A DNA stretch of 64,000 bases from an uncultured virus (IMG/VR IMGVR_UViG_3300021963_000095) (IMGVR_UViG_3300021963_000095); one strand, 5' to 3'. Numbered from the stretch's first letter, positions 48,346 to 59,087 are shown. The notes: generated by a model not told the origin, from the letters alone. Made by a program: numbers and translations.

Positions 48346-48931
48346 TATCATAGTATTTAAATTTAAAGGAAGCAGTACCTACCAAATAATCTAATGTGGT
48401 ATTGGTAGTATCAAATACCAATCCTTCTAGTCCAGTAGGAAAACAATCACGGAAAAAGATTTGTGCTTTTACGGCATTATTTGAACCAAGAATTGATAAA
48501 GTAGCATCGGTCAATAATGCTTGTATATTTGAACCTTTTTCTCCTCCAGGAACACCACCTTGAGGAATTAAATATTTTTCCTTTTCGTTTGCTCTAGTGT
48601 ATGCCAAATATTCATCTGAAGAATAAAATTTTGATTGTTTACGAATTAAATCATATAGTGATTTGTAGTTTGAAAAATCTTCGCTAATCAAAAAGGTAAT
48701 TTGAAGTTCACCAAAATTTGCTTTGTCTCCAGGAATTGCATAGTCTAGATTTGGTGTTGCTACTGTAGCAAAACCATAATTGATAGCAGGAATATTTGCA
48801 GTTTGACAATTGTAAACTACACCAGCAACTTGGTCTAATTGAAATTTAAAGGCAGTAGGTTGTAAAAATCCTGTACCTGATGTTGCTTGTCCATCGTAGG
48901 TATTGAAATTAAGTGTGTTGATAAATGCCAT
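48332..48931 (-). CDS. 3: tail completion/sheath stabiliser (gp3-like)
   Basis: FLQPTAFKF, ANIP, PGDK..FGEL.ITFLISEDF.NY, DATL, CFPTGL. Confidence 0.8.
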   Translation of the reverse strand: MAFINTLNFNTYDGQATSGTGFLQPTAFKFQLDQVAGVVYNCQTANIPAINYGFATVATPNLDYAIPGDKANFGELQITFLISEDFSNYKSLYDLIRKQSKFYSSDEYLAYTRANEKEKYLIPQGGVPGGEKGSNIQALLTDATLSILGSNNAVKAQIFFRDCFPTGLEGLVFDTTNTTLDYLVGTASFKFKYYDIEII

Positions 48932-48959
48932 TCTTCTTCTCGCTAGAGTATGATATTAC

Positions 48960-48967
48960 TATTTATG
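48960..48967 (-). promoter_or_regulatory. late promoter variant
   Basis: CATAAATA upstream of gene 3. Confidence 0.5.
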
Positions 48968-48971
48968 AGAT

Positions 48972-48999
48972 AAAAAAAAGGGAGCATTTCTGCTCCCTT
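48972..48999 (-). terminator. intrinsic terminator after gene 23
   Basis: GGGAGCA/TGCTCCC stem with T8 tail on the minus strand. Confidence 0.88.
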
Positions 49000-49031
49000 C
49001 TTAATTCCCTTCTACGAGGGCTACTTCAATA

Positions 49032-50279
49032 TTACATTAAGTTAGTTACTTTAACTTTTCTGTAGTATACATTCTGACCAGCAGTCAATGAAGTGAATGG
49101 GTTTGCAACCATGCCGTAGCGTGTTTTGAAACCGATTTTTGGTTGGAAAGAACCAGTATCAGTTGCACGAACCATTTGTAGAGGAACATATGGGCAGTAG
49201 AATAAACCTGCGTCATATTGATTTGTTCCTTTGTAACCAACAACATAGAATTGTGTTGCGGCACCGTTTGCTGAATATGGGTCGATGAATACTTTCATCT
49301 TTCCTAATGTACCAGCAAATGTGTTGCCTGTGTCATCAACTTCTAAACTACCTGTTGCTGTAGAATAATCTAAAGCACCAGCCATGTTCAATGCAGATGC
49401 AACATCTGCTGAACAGATTAGAATGTTACCTTTGCCACGGCGTGTTTCTTGAGCAATACGGTTCGCATCTCTTTCGATTTGGAACAATAGACCCTTGAAA
49501 CGCTCTGCGGACCAACGACCATTTGAATCAACATCTAGGTCAAATGTGCCTGGAGTTGTTGTTAGGTCTGCACCTGCTTTACCAGCTGCGTAAACTGTTC
49601 TAACAACTTCACGGTTGATTTCAGCAAGCAATTCACCTGAAAGGATATTGCTTAACTCTGTCTCAGCATCTAGACCATGAACTGCTCTTAGGTCTTGTGC
49701 TAATTCTAGAGTGTATTCTGCTTTCAACGCACGGCTCTTTGCAGTAACGCTTGTCTTCTCAATTGAGAAAGCCATTTCGTTAAATGTTCCTGCACCTGCT
49801 GTACCTAATGCTTCAGCATCGGCAGTTGCTAGACCTGTACCAGTTGTATCAGTACCAGAAGTCCAGTTAGAACCTGCATGTGTACCAGTACCTGAGAAGT
49901 CTGTATCTGCTTCGTTGAATAGAGCCTCAGTACCACCTTGTGTAGAGTAGCGAGACTTCATAGCAAAAATTAGACCTGTTGGTTGTGTCATTGGTTGAAC
50001 GCCAGCAATGTCATAAGCAATCAACTGAGGTGCTGAACGGCGAACTAGGCCGATTAGCACAGGGTCGAACTTAGCAACACCGCCTGAATCAGGCATAGCA
50101 CCTGCGGCGTTTGCTGGAGCAGCTTCTGTAAGATACTCACGCTCTTCACGCAATGCTTTTTCTTGGTTCTCTAAAAGAACTGCTGTAACTGCTCTGCGAT
50201 AAGCGTCTTTGATTGGAGGTAGTTCGCCATGTTCAATGATTGGCGCCCACTTCTTTTGTAGTTGTTCAGATAAAAACAT
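49032..50279 (-). CDS. 23: major capsid protein (gp23)
   Basis: GVQPMTQPTGLIFAM, KSRALKAEY, YCPYVPLQM, FQPKIGFKTRYG. Confidence 0.97.
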   Translation of the reverse strand: MFLSEQLQKKWAPIIEHGELPPIKDAYRRAVTAVLLENQEKALREEREYLTEAAPANAAGAMPDSGGVAKFDPVLIGLVRRSAPQLIAYDIAGVQPMTQPTGLIFAMKSRYSTQGGTEALFNEADTDFSGTGTHAGSNWTSGTDTTGTGLATADAEALGTAGAGTFNEMAFSIEKTSVTAKSRALKAEYTLELAQDLRAVHGLDAETELSNILSGELLAEINREVVRTVYAAGKAGADLTTTPGTFDLDVDSNGRWSAERFKGLLFQIERDANRIAQETRRGKGNILICSADVASALNMAGALDYSTATGSLEVDDTGNTFAGTLGKMKVFIDPYSANGAATQFYVVGYKGTNQYDAGLFYCPYVPLQMVRATDTGSFQPKIGFKTRYGMVANPFTSLTAGQNVYYRKVKVTNLM

Positions 50280-50299
50280 CTGTTTCTCCTTTGTGGTTA

Positions 50300-51331
50300 T
50301 TAATAGGACTTTTTGCGAGTAATCGCAGCTGCATACGCTGAAATGACAGGATTTGATTCTTCAATTGCACTTTGTCCATGATTTTCTTCCACTACAGAAG
50401 ATTTTGCAGCTTGTTTTGTAAAATATGATTCTTTGAGAGTTTCGATTTGCTTAACAAATGATTGCTCATCTGTAAAATCTACATGCTCTGCTAAACCTTT
50501 TAATTTTTCGAAGTCTGTATCTGCTAGACCAGAACCAACTTGTTTAATTAAGTCTTCACGCTTGAGTGAACCAACTTGTTGGTTTAATGATACATTAGCA
50601 TCAACTTGTTCTTGTAATTTCTTTTCCAATGCAGTAATCTTGTCTGCTTGGTCTGCTAGAACATCATACTTGTCTTCAGGGACTTCAATGTAATGTTCTT
50701 GGAATAATCCTTTTAGACCAGAGATAAACTCTTCAGCCAATTCTGTGCGAATACCACGCTCAATTGCCAATTGATTATCTTTGTTCCATTGCTCAACAAC
50801 ATAGTTTAAATATGAATCAACTTTTTCTGTCAATTCAGATTTAATTACTTGAACTTCTTCAATTAACTTGTTGCTATATTCTTCATCTAGTTTTGCAGTT
50901 TCTTCAGCAAGTTTTACTTTGACTGCTGTTTCTAGAATTACTTTTGCTTTTGCTTTAAACTCTTCAGAAAGGTCTTGACCTGAAACCAATGCATCAACAT
51001 CAGCAGATACATCAATAGATGCTTCTTCTTTCATTGGCATTTCTTTCTTGGCCTTTTCTTCGTCATCTTCTTCCTCAGATTCCTCTTCGTCAGATGCTTC
51101 ATCTTCTTTCTTCTTTAGTTGTGTTGGCATTTCATCTTCTTCTTTATAATGTTTCTTTTCATCCAACTGACTATCAGAAGATACTTCTTCTTTCTTTTCT
51201 TCAGCAACAACAACTTCAGTTTGTTCTTCAGAAATGGTTTCGTCTTTTTTATTCTCAATAGCAGATTCTGCCAATTTCTCGGCTTCTTTCTTACCTTCAA
51301 GAATGTCACGAATTTTCTTTTCTACGGACAT
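50300..51331 (-). CDS. 22: prohead core scaffold (gp22)
   Basis: LSEEFKAKA, KVDSYLNYVVEQW, acidic coiled coil; position between 21 and 23. Confidence 0.9.
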   Translation of the reverse strand: MSVEKKIRDILEGKKEAEKLAESAIENKKDETISEEQTEVVVAEEKKEEVSSDSQLDEKKHYKEEDEMPTQLKKKEDEASDEEESEEEDDEEKAKKEMPMKEEASIDVSADVDALVSGQDLSEEFKAKAKVILETAVKVKLAEETAKLDEEYSNKLIEEVQVIKSELTEKVDSYLNYVVEQWNKDNQLAIERGIRTELAEEFISGLKGLFQEHYIEVPEDKYDVLADQADKITALEKKLQEQVDANVSLNQQVGSLKREDLIKQVGSGLADTDFEKLKGLAEHVDFTDEQSFVKQIETLKESYFTKQAAKSSVVEENHGQSAIEESNPVISAYAAAITRKKSY

Positions 51332-51362
51332 GTTAAGCTCCTTTGAATTTCGATTTTTAAAA

Positions 51363-51370
51363 TATTTATA
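51363..51370 (-). promoter_or_regulatory. T4-type late promoter
   Basis: TATAAATA upstream of gene 22. Confidence 0.8.
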
Positions 51371-51373
51371 AAA

Positions 51374-52018
51374 TTAAATTTTTGAGAGGAAATCTCTAAA
51401 AGCATTTAGTTTTGCTTCTTCTAATGCTCTTCGCTTTGCACCTTGGATTTGTTTCTTATATTCTTCGATATGCACTTCTTTAATCATACCGTTGTCCCAA
51501 ACCCATTCTTTATTTTCCATGATGCCTCTTACAAATGCGTCTGGCGCACTTGGGTCAGCAACAATATCAGCGGCAGTAGCAAGATAGAAATCATCTTGAA
51601 CGAGTTGAACCCCGTTTTTCTCTTTTAGAGAGCCCATGCCTCTCGATGAAACTGCCAAACCGGCACCTTCATCAATCAAATTTTTTACGATTTTGCCATA
51701 TGGTGTATCCATAATTTTTGCTTTACCAATAACATCGGTACCTTCAAAACGCAAATCTTTAATCATGTGTGATACACGCTCTAGGTTAATGTTAGGACCA
51801 TCTGGATGACCTAACTCTCCGAATGCACGATTCTTCTTTACGAACTCTTCGTTGTAACGACTTAATTCACGCTCAACAATTTCTTTCTCGTAAAGACGGC
51901 CATTCTTATTTTTCTTTTCTGTCTGCATGAAGATACCTTCAATCCAATATCCTTTATCAGCAGATTTTTCCTCTTTAAGGAATTTAACCTCTAAGGCTTC
52001 TTCTGAAATTAATTTCAT
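51374..52018 (-). CDS. 21: prohead protease (gp21)
   Basis: NKNGRLY, GELGHP, VSSRGMGS, DIVADPSAP. Confidence 0.95.
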   Translation of the reverse strand: MKLISEEALEVKFLKEEKSADKGYWIEGIFMQTEKKNKNGRLYEKEIVERELSRYNEEFVKKNRAFGELGHPDGPNINLERVSHMIKDLRFEGTDVIGKAKIMDTPYGKIVKNLIDEGAGLAVSSRGMGSLKEKNGVQLVQDDFYLATAADIVADPSAPDAFVRGIMENKEWVWDNGMIKEVHIEEYKKQIQGAKRRALEEAKLNAFRDFLSKI

Positions 52019-52020
52019 TT

Positions 52021-52479
52021 CTATACCTTTATTTTCTGTGTGGCAAAAACTAAAATCTTATTAAAATTATCTGGAGACTTTTGAATAAACTTCTCAATTT
52101 TTTCTTGAGCTTGTTCATTCAACCCTTTATATAGTTTACTTACAATCATCGCACTCAATGGGTCAACCTCCATTTTTTTATTATTGTCAAAATTAATGAC
52201 TATACTTCCATTTAATTCATTTATACTTAACAAATTTTGAATGACTGAATTATTAGATTCAATCATTTTTTCATAATCACGAATGTCCTGTTTTGCTTTT
52301 TCTAATGTTGAATAATCTCTTCCTGGTATGTGTTCACCATTAATGTAAACACGAAAAACATTTTCAAATTTGGTAATTTTTGCTTCAACACTTTTTTTCT
52401 TACCAATCTTTTCAACACTAATAACTTTCTCTTCAGCATTCGCTTCTTCTAAAGAAAGTTTGAACTCTGAAAACTTCAA
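52021..52479 (-). CDS. probable prohead core/internal protein
   Basis: TTG start, MKFSEFKLSLEE N-terminus; position between the 67-like gene and 21. Confidence 0.55.
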   Translation of the reverse strand: MKFSEFKLSLEEANAEEKVISVEKIGKKKSVEAKITKFENVFRVYINGEHIPGRDYSTLEKAKQDIRDYEKMIESNNSVIQNLLSINELNGSIVINFDNNKKMEVDPLSAMIVSKLYKGLNEQAQEKIEKFIQKSPDNFNKILVFATQKIKV

Positions 52480-52481
52480 GA

Positions 52482-52646
52482 TTAACCCTCAGTAGGTTCT
52501 TTATATAAACTTTGTGCAATTTCTTGTTTCTTTACTTGAATTGAATTGTAAACTTTATCGGCAATTGCCTGTTTGAAAAACTCTTCTGCCTCAACAGGTT
52601 TATCCAATCCAATAGCATCAATCATGTCTCTTATTTTTTCATTCAT
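52482..52646 (-). CDS. gp67-like prohead core protein (54 aa, not in the ORF track)
   Basis: Translated by hand: MNEKIRDMIDAIGLDKPVEAEEFFKQAIADKVYNSIQVKKQEIAQSLYKEPTEG; AGGGG SD; fills the gap after gene 20. Confidence 0.7.
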   Translation of the reverse strand: MNEKIRDMIDAIGLDKPVEAEEFFKQAIADKVYNSIQVKKQEIAQSLYKEPTEG

Positions 52647-52657
52647 TGCTTATCCCC

Positions 52658-54265
52658 TTATTCTTCTTCAGAACCAACGCCTGTGTTATCAATACCAATA
52701 TGTCCAACTTCTCCTGATGTTGCTTGTGTTGCAACTGATTGAGGTTGTCCAGATTGTTGCTCTTCATTACCAGCATTCTTTTGAAGCATATCAGGGTCAT
52801 TTTTTTCTTGTTCAATCTCCTGATTCATGCTATCAATTTCAGCATCAGTTAAACGCAAAACATTGCGCTTTATGTATTCTTTAGAAAAATATTGACCGAC
52901 ATAATTTTGCATATCGCCCAATAAATTTAATCTTGCTGTTAAGATTTCATTTTCTTTTAACTCAGAAAAATGATTATCTTTAACATAAGAATATTTAATC
53001 TTATCTTCAAATTCAATCCAATCTTTTTCTGTAATTACTTTTTTAAGAAGTAACTGTGTTTTCAAAAGGTCATTAAAAAGATGATTGAATTTTTTTCTAA
53101 TTCTTGTAATAAATTTTGTAAACTTAATTTCATCACGACTAATTTCTGTCGCTCTACCTAATTGAAATCCTGATTCAGGATTCATTCGTGTTAAAGGAAC
53201 ATTTAATGCTTGATATACTTTTCTTCTAAAGTATTCAATGTCATCAATCTCTCCTAAATTTTGTCCTCCAGGCAATGTTGTAACTTCAGTTCCTTTACCA
53301 CCTTCTCTTCGTGGTAACCAAAAGTCTTCTAACATTGCTTGATGTTTTTTATCGTCACGCACTTCTCCACTATTTGCATCATAGACTAATTTGCTACGAT
53401 AACGATTCATAACATCTTTTAAATATTGTTCTGCCTTTGTTTTTGGAAGATTACCAACATCAATATAAAAAATTCTTCTTTCAGGCGCTCTTGAAATTCT
53501 GTAAATAACTAGAGCATCTTCAATGTATGATAATTGATTGACAGGTTTAATCGCTTTATGTAGATATGAAAGAACTAGATTTGATTGCATGTCTAGTAAA
53601 CCGCTAGGCACAAAACATACAGAATCCGTTGTTAATCTAACATCATTAAATCCTGGTTGTGCTTGCTGTGCGCCTTGTGTTGATGGCATTGCTTCGCTAT
53701 AAACATAGTATTCTGAACCTTGTTCATATACAGTATTATTATTTTTATCAACCTTTTTATCTACCTCTTTAATTTTCTTAATCTTACGAGGGTCAATAAG
53801 TCTTAATTCTAAAATGCCATCTTTTAAATTGGCATTATTAACTACTTTATGAAGATAAAGTCTTCCGTCAATATACCATCTGCGAAAAAGTTCATATCCT
53901 CTTTGGTCAAAATTTAATAATGAATAAAGAGTATCAAACTCTGCATGAATTTTTTTCTTAATTGCGTCTGATACTTTTAAGTCATCTAAATTTAACGCTA
54001 CTGCTTTTTTATCTTCATCAAATACAATAGTTTCATTTGCAATGTCCTCAACTGCACTATCGCATTCAGGATACATTGAAATTTCACGATATTTTCTAAT
54101 TAAATCAGCTTCATTACGATAGATGTTATCGAAACCAAGATATGTTCCATAAAAACCTGAAGCATTACCTAAAATCGCACCATCATCAGGCGTAGGCAAT
54201 ACTACAGATTGCCCTAGCGCCTTATTCTCTTTACCAATGGTAAAACCAAATAAATTCAATGCCAT
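52658..54265 (-). CDS. 20: portal protein (gp20)
   Basis: RRWYIDGR, RAPERRIFYIDVGN, EDFWLPRREGGKGTE. Confidence 0.97.
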   Translation of the reverse strand: MALNLFGFTIGKENKALGQSVVLPTPDDGAILGNASGFYGTYLGFDNIYRNEADLIRKYREISMYPECDSAVEDIANETIVFDEDKKAVALNLDDLKVSDAIKKKIHAEFDTLYSLLNFDQRGYELFRRWYIDGRLYLHKVVNNANLKDGILELRLIDPRKIKKIKEVDKKVDKNNNTVYEQGSEYYVYSEAMPSTQGAQQAQPGFNDVRLTTDSVCFVPSGLLDMQSNLVLSYLHKAIKPVNQLSYIEDALVIYRISRAPERRIFYIDVGNLPKTKAEQYLKDVMNRYRSKLVYDANSGEVRDDKKHQAMLEDFWLPRREGGKGTEVTTLPGGQNLGEIDDIEYFRRKVYQALNVPLTRMNPESGFQLGRATEISRDEIKFTKFITRIRKKFNHLFNDLLKTQLLLKKVITEKDWIEFEDKIKYSYVKDNHFSELKENEILTARLNLLGDMQNYVGQYFSKEYIKRNVLRLTDAEIDSMNQEIEQEKNDPDMLQKNAGNEEQQSGQPQSVATQATSGEVGHIGIDNTGVGSEEE

Positions 54266-54293
54266 AGTCTATTCCAAAAAAAAATTAATCAGA

Positions 54294-54878
54294 TTAGATT
54301 AATCCGCCGCCTGTTGCTAGGCCAGCGATATCTAATGTTGTAATACCACCTAAACCACCAATTGCTTCAAATGATTGATATGTAAACTCGCAAGTGAATT
54401 CTGCTACTTGGTCGTTTGTTCCGAAATCAAGTGCCATTTCACCCAAGTTTGTTGGGTATGAATCACGCAACAAATATGTTTTCAAAACGCTATCATTTCT
54501 ATCTAATTGCTGAACAATAATGTCAGCCATGTATGATGATGGGTTTATGAATCCACGATTTGATGATGTGCTGTTGATACCATTTTGCCAAAACTCTAGT
54601 GCGTTTCTAATGTTAAAATTAGAATCTGCTAGAATTGTTGTTGTCCACGGTGCAAATGTTCTTTCGCCAGCTAAGTTAACTTGACGACCACGAAATTGAA
54701 CTGGTGTGTTACCAATCGTTCCGCCAGGAAGAGCTGCACCCTTGCATAAAAATTGTGCATCTCTTGCCGCTAGAAGACCAGGACCAATCCATAATGGAAA
54801 TGTCAAGAATACTCTAAACTGGTTAGGACGAACACCACCACCAGTCAATCTATTTTTAAATTCTGTAATTGACGCCAT
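54294..54878 (-). CDS. 19: tail tube protein (gp19)
   Basis: GGVRPNQF, FRGRQVNLAGERTF..W, QLDR. Confidence 0.93.
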   Translation of the reverse strand: MASITEFKNRLTGGGVRPNQFRVFLTFPLWIGPGLLAARDAQFLCKGAALPGGTIGNTPVQFRGRQVNLAGERTFAPWTTTILADSNFNIRNALEFWQNGINSTSSNRGFINPSSYMADIIVQQLDRNDSVLKTYLLRDSYPTNLGEMALDFGTNDQVAEFTCEFTYQSFEAIGGLGGITTLDIAGLATGGGLI

Positions 54879-54904
54879 GTTTTATCTCCTAACTATTTTA
54901 CTTT

Positions 54905-55441
54905 TTAAACTGTTGTCTTTGTACCAGCGGCAGTTCCTTGACCAGCAGTAATTGTTAACACCGCAGCTTCGCTACCTGATGTTTCTACAATTGTGCCACC
55001 CGCTAGAGTAATTGACTGAGCACCAACGCTCAATGTGTCTCCAGCTGCCGGAACTGTAAATTCAAATGTAAGAACAGTTTTAGCGGCATTTTGTGATGCG
55101 TATGTCGCTGTTACTGCACCTGCAACTGAACCAGTTACAACCAAGGTTGGATTACCAGTAACATTAACTTTTTCGTTGAACTCAACTTTAATGCTCTTAG
55201 TTGTTCCTGCTGTATATGTTCCTGTGCTAAACGAAACTTTGCTAACTGAAGCGTAACCAAGTTTTGTTGTTGATGAGCCAGAACCTTCTAGGTTACGAAT
55301 TGCTACTATAACTTCTTCCAATCCTGTATCTGGATTACGATAAACCCAACCAGATTGTGTGGCAAAAGTATTTTCTTTTTGAGCATCTGTTAACCATTTA
55401 GGTTTGCTCTCGTTGCTTGTTGTTGCTCCCCATGCGGACAT
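54905..55441 (-). CDS. probable virion accessory protein with Ig-like domain
   Basis: ESKPKWL...GWVYR...EEVIVAI head, then FNEKVNVTG.P.L...YAS...LTF.FTV beta-sandwich pattern. Confidence 0.6.
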   Translation of the reverse strand: MSAWGATTSNESKPKWLTDAQKENTFATQSGWVYRNPDTGLEEVIVAIRNLEGSGSSTTKLGYASVSKVSFSTGTYTAGTTKSIKVEFNEKVNVTGNPTLVVTGSVAGAVTATYASQNAAKTVLTFEFTVPAAGDTLSVGAQSITLAGGTIVETSGSEAAVLTITAGQGTAAGTKTTV

Positions 55442-55465
55442 TTTTATTCTCCTTATTAACTGTTA

Positions 55466-57379
55466 TTAAGCACCAGCAACTTCGCTAAACGAAACGCCTG
55501 TGCGTGTTGCAATGAAGGACAATGTGATGAAGTTAATTGAACGAGCAGGTTTAATAAAGATATCTGCAACAAACTCATTTCTATCAATTACTTCGCCAGT
55601 GTTATTTGATTCATCACAAACAACTTTAAAGTCTGTGATACCACGGCGTCCTTGAACATCACGCAAGAATGGTTCAACTAAGTTTTTGAACTGCGCTCTT
55701 GTGAAGTCATCGTTAAATTCAAACAATTGATATTTTGATGCAGTAGCAATTGCTTTTTCTAATACAATAAACAATCTGCGAACATTAATTCTGTCAAATG
55801 CAGATGGTTTAGACAATAAAGTTTTATCGCCAAATAACACGATACCTTGACCAGGGAAATTTACAACAGGGTTAATACCTGCTTTGTAAAGTGTATCACG
55901 GTCAGTCTTATCTGGTGTATATGCTAGTTTAATAACATTCTTAATTTGACCACGATTTAAACCAGCAGGTGAGAACCATGGGTCGTTTGTGTTATCTGTT
56001 CTTACACACAGACCAGCAACATCACCGTTTAATGGTACCCAACGATACACATCGTTATAACGGTCATACTGATATTTCCAACCAGAATCAATTACTGCGT
56101 ATGAAGAACTAATGTTTGTTGTGTTGCGCTCTGTAACAACAGCACTTGCTTTTTCTGTTCCAGAATTAACAGCACTTAATGTTGGTGAATAGAATACCAT
56201 GCAATCTTTTCTGTATTCTGCAACATTTTCTGTTACCCATTTGGCGACTGCACCAGATGCAGGACCAACAGGAATTAGAGACACATCAAATAATTCATCG
56301 TTTCTAAACAATGTATAACCAGATTGTAATTCGCCGTCTGTTGGAACATTATCGTCTGTACCGTTTACTAATTGATAGTATGCTGGAACTGTTCCTGCTG
56401 GAGTAAAGTTAAATGTTGAAACTGCTGATGAAGTTCCTTCAGTAGCGTCAACACCAGTTGGTGTTCCATACACGAATACCCATTGAGAGTTTTCGTTAAT
56501 TACTGTTCTCCAATAATTATTTGAACCGTCTGATTTTTTATTATCTGAAGCAATTGAAACTCCAGCATATTTTTCTAACACTTGGTCAATCGTTCCTGTA
56601 ATTGCGCCTTTTTCATCACAAACAACTACATGAATTTCATCATCTTGACCACCAACTGAGGCGGCATATGATGTTGTTCCTGGTGCTGAATCAAATTCAT
56701 CAGCATATCCCCATCTACGATTAACTGCTGTTGTAGATGGAACTGCCGCTTCTAGACCAGTATTTACTGTTCCTGCTTTACGAATTGTTAATTCGTGAGT
56801 TCCAGAATTTTTTGCTGTAACTTCATATGAAACTGTATCTGTACCAAATTTTAACAAATCACCAACAACAATATTTGTTGAAGATGCTACTGTAACTGTG
56901 GTTGCGTTTGCGGCCGCATTTGTTGAAACTGTAGTTACCGCTGATGTTGAAAATTGTGTCGGTGAAGAGCAAACTGAAACTCTTAGAGAATTACCTAAAG
57001 TGCCAGGGCATCTTGCAATAAAAGGACCCACAGGAGTTAAAACTCCAGAACCTTTAGATTCAAAGTCTGTTTTATTTTTAACTAAAATAGCGGCACCAGT
57101 TGATACTGCATTTAAATGACCACTAGCGGCACGAACAACCTGCAAATTATTACCGTATGATAGGAAGTTTGCGGCAGTAAAGAAGTATGGTGCAGTATTA
57201 GCATCAGGTTTACCAAAGACAGAAGCCAATTCATTTTCAGATGAAATTGTCGTTACTTCTTCTACTGGACCCCATTTAAAAGAACCAACAAAAGCACCGG
57301 CAGTTGTGGCAACCGCAGGAACAACATTAGTCAGGTCTTTTTCTTGGACTAATACTCCAGGTGAAAGTTGAAAAGCCAT
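55466..57379 (-). CDS. 18: tail sheath protein (gp18)
   Basis: SPGVLVQEKD, WFSPAGLNRG, DRINVRRLF, IKPARSINFI. Confidence 0.96.
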   Translation of the reverse strand: MAFQLSPGVLVQEKDLTNVVPAVATTAGAFVGSFKWGPVEEVTTISSENELASVFGKPDANTAPYFFTAANFLSYGNNLQVVRAASGHLNAVSTGAAILVKNKTDFESKGSGVLTPVGPFIARCPGTLGNSLRVSVCSSPTQFSTSAVTTVSTNAAANATTVTVASSTNIVVGDLLKFGTDTVSYEVTAKNSGTHELTIRKAGTVNTGLEAAVPSTTAVNRRWGYADEFDSAPGTTSYAASVGGQDDEIHVVVCDEKGAITGTIDQVLEKYAGVSIASDNKKSDGSNNYWRTVINENSQWVFVYGTPTGVDATEGTSSAVSTFNFTPAGTVPAYYQLVNGTDDNVPTDGELQSGYTLFRNDELFDVSLIPVGPASGAVAKWVTENVAEYRKDCMVFYSPTLSAVNSGTEKASAVVTERNTTNISSSYAVIDSGWKYQYDRYNDVYRWVPLNGDVAGLCVRTDNTNDPWFSPAGLNRGQIKNVIKLAYTPDKTDRDTLYKAGINPVVNFPGQGIVLFGDKTLLSKPSAFDRINVRRLFIVLEKAIATASKYQLFEFNDDFTRAQFKNLVEPFLRDVQGRRGITDFKVVCDESNNTGEVIDRNEFVADIFIKPARSINFITLSFIATRTGVSFSEVAGA

Positions 57380-57436
57380 GTTTTTTTCTCCTTGAGATAA
57401 TTATTTTTTATTTAAGGTCAATCAATTCTTGTTGAA

Positions 57437-57444
57437 TATTTATA
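57437..57444 (-). promoter_or_regulatory. T4-type late promoter
   Basis: TATAAATA upstream of gene 18. Confidence 0.8.
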
Positions 57445-57455
57445 AATTATAAAAA

Positions 57456-59087
57456 TTACGCTTTCGCTAACCAAGAATCGTCTACTGACCATACAACTCC
57501 TTCGTCATCAACGAATTTGTCTTCCATATTGTCTGTAGGAAGAAAACCGACTGGTAACATATCTTCTTCAAGTGCTTTCAGTCTTTCGTCTTCCAATTTT
57601 TTACGAACATCTGTATCTGTCAAATCTCTAAAGTAAGGTTGTGTTGTTGCCCAACTAAAAAGAACCATACACATTGCCAAGTCATCATTCTGTCCTTCTT
57701 CTGCTTCAAACGAACTTTTTCTTTGAACAAAAGTTGAAAGTTCGTTAATACTATCAAAATCAGTAACTAACAATTTATCATCTTCAATTAATGATTTAAG
57801 AGTTAAACAACCAATTCGTTTAACTTGTCCTGTAGTTCTAACACCAGATTGAATTCTTGATGCAAAACCTGAACCCATAACTTGTCCAGAACGACCCTTT
57901 GATGCTGAAGTAATTACATTTTCATACTCTAATTCTTGAGTAAGTATGTCAGCAATTTGTTGTCCATTATCATTAATTTCAATCAACACAAAGGCATTAT
58001 TATAAGTTTCTGCAACTTTTTTAATTACATTTGGATATAGTAAAGGTGACAACTCATTATTTCTATATCTTGCCACAACCTTATATGGAATGGTTGTAAC
58101 ATCATAAACTAAGAATGCATGATAATCACTTCCAACACCTCTAGAAGTATCAGCAACCATAAAGTAATATCTATTGTTTTCAGGTTTTTGGTATAATGCT
58201 AATCCGTCTTTTTCGTGCATTGGCAATTCATGTGCTAATACAGCAAGTTTTGATGGTGATATTAGCGTATTAGCAGAACCTAAAAATTCACACTCAAACT
58301 CTTGTCTCCATTGGTCTATAGATGTATTTTTGATAGTTTCTTCTTTAAACTTCTCATCACGACCAGGAATATCATTCCATCTGACTTCGATTGGAACATA
58401 TGATGAACGCTTTTGTGTAGATTCCATCCACATCTTATAAAACATATTCATACCGTTTGGGGTCGAAACAATCATTACCTTTGTATTTTTACCGGCAGTA
58501 ATTGTTGGATATGTTGAACGCCAGAAGGCCTCAGCGAGATTAAATGGTACGAAAGCAAACTCGTCTAAGAATACTAGATTATACGAATTACCACGAACAC
58601 CGCTTGAAGATGTTGATGCCGCAATAATTTTTGATTTGTTCTCTAATTCGATAGATTTTTTATTCCAAGATATGACACCTTGTTGCATCCATATAGGAAG
58701 ATATTCATATGCTAACTGTAATTTATAAAGAATTGACTGAGCCAAGTCTCCTTTATTAGCAAGTATGGCAATACTTTGTTCAGGTTGAAAAAGAACATAC
58801 CAAAGAATATAACCGACAATTGCTGTAGTCTTACCAGACTGTCTAGGAACTTTACAAATTGTAAATCGATTAGTATGACATATATCAATCATTTTTGTTT
58901 GCCAATCATACATATCGAATGGTGACAAACCATCATCTAGAGTTACAATTTTTACATAGTTTTTAATAAAATAAATTGGGTCTTCAGAGCATTTTGTATA
59001 TTCTTGTAATTGCTCTGGAGTAAAATCAATCTTAACATTAGTTTTTTTAAGATTAGGATTACCAAGATAATTAGTTTGTTTGGTCAT
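57456..59087 (-). CDS. 17: terminase large subunit (gp17)
   Basis: PRQSGKTT, LDEFAF, STPNG, DTSRG, DDLAM. Confidence 0.96.
   Translation of the reverse strand: MTKQTNYLGNPNLKKTNVKIDFTPEQLQEYTKCSEDPIYFIKNYVKIVTLDDGLSPFDMYDWQTKMIDICHTNRFTICKVPRQSGKTTAIVGYILWYVLFQPEQSIAILANKGDLAQSILYKLQLAYEYLPIWMQQGVISWNKKSIELENKSKIIAASTSSSGVRGNSYNLVFLDEFAFVPFNLAEAFWRSTYPTITAGKNTKVMIVSTPNGMNMFYKMWMESTQKRSSYVPIEVRWNDIPGRDEKFKEETIKNTSIDQWRQEFECEFLGSANTLISPSKLAVLAHELPMHEKDGLALYQKPENNRYYFMVADTSRGVGSDYHAFLVYDVTTIPYKVVARYRNNELSPLLYPNVIKKVAETYNNAFVLIEINDNGQQIADILTQELEYENVITSASKGRSGQVMGSGFASRIQSGVRTTGQVKRIGCLTLKSLIEDDKLLVTDFDSINELSTFVQRKSSFEAEEGQNDDLAMCMVLFSWATTQPYFRDLTDTDVRKKLEDERLKALEEDMLPVGFLPTDNMEDKFVDDEGVVWSVDDSWLAKA

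Noticed and set aside
1704..51309. Other same-strand nested ORFs (1704..1892, 4967..5161, 18896..19222, 42899..43231, 51115..51309 and similar)
   Set aside because: No recognisable motifs or signals, unlike the lipobox ORF at 6668; consistent with chance open frames.
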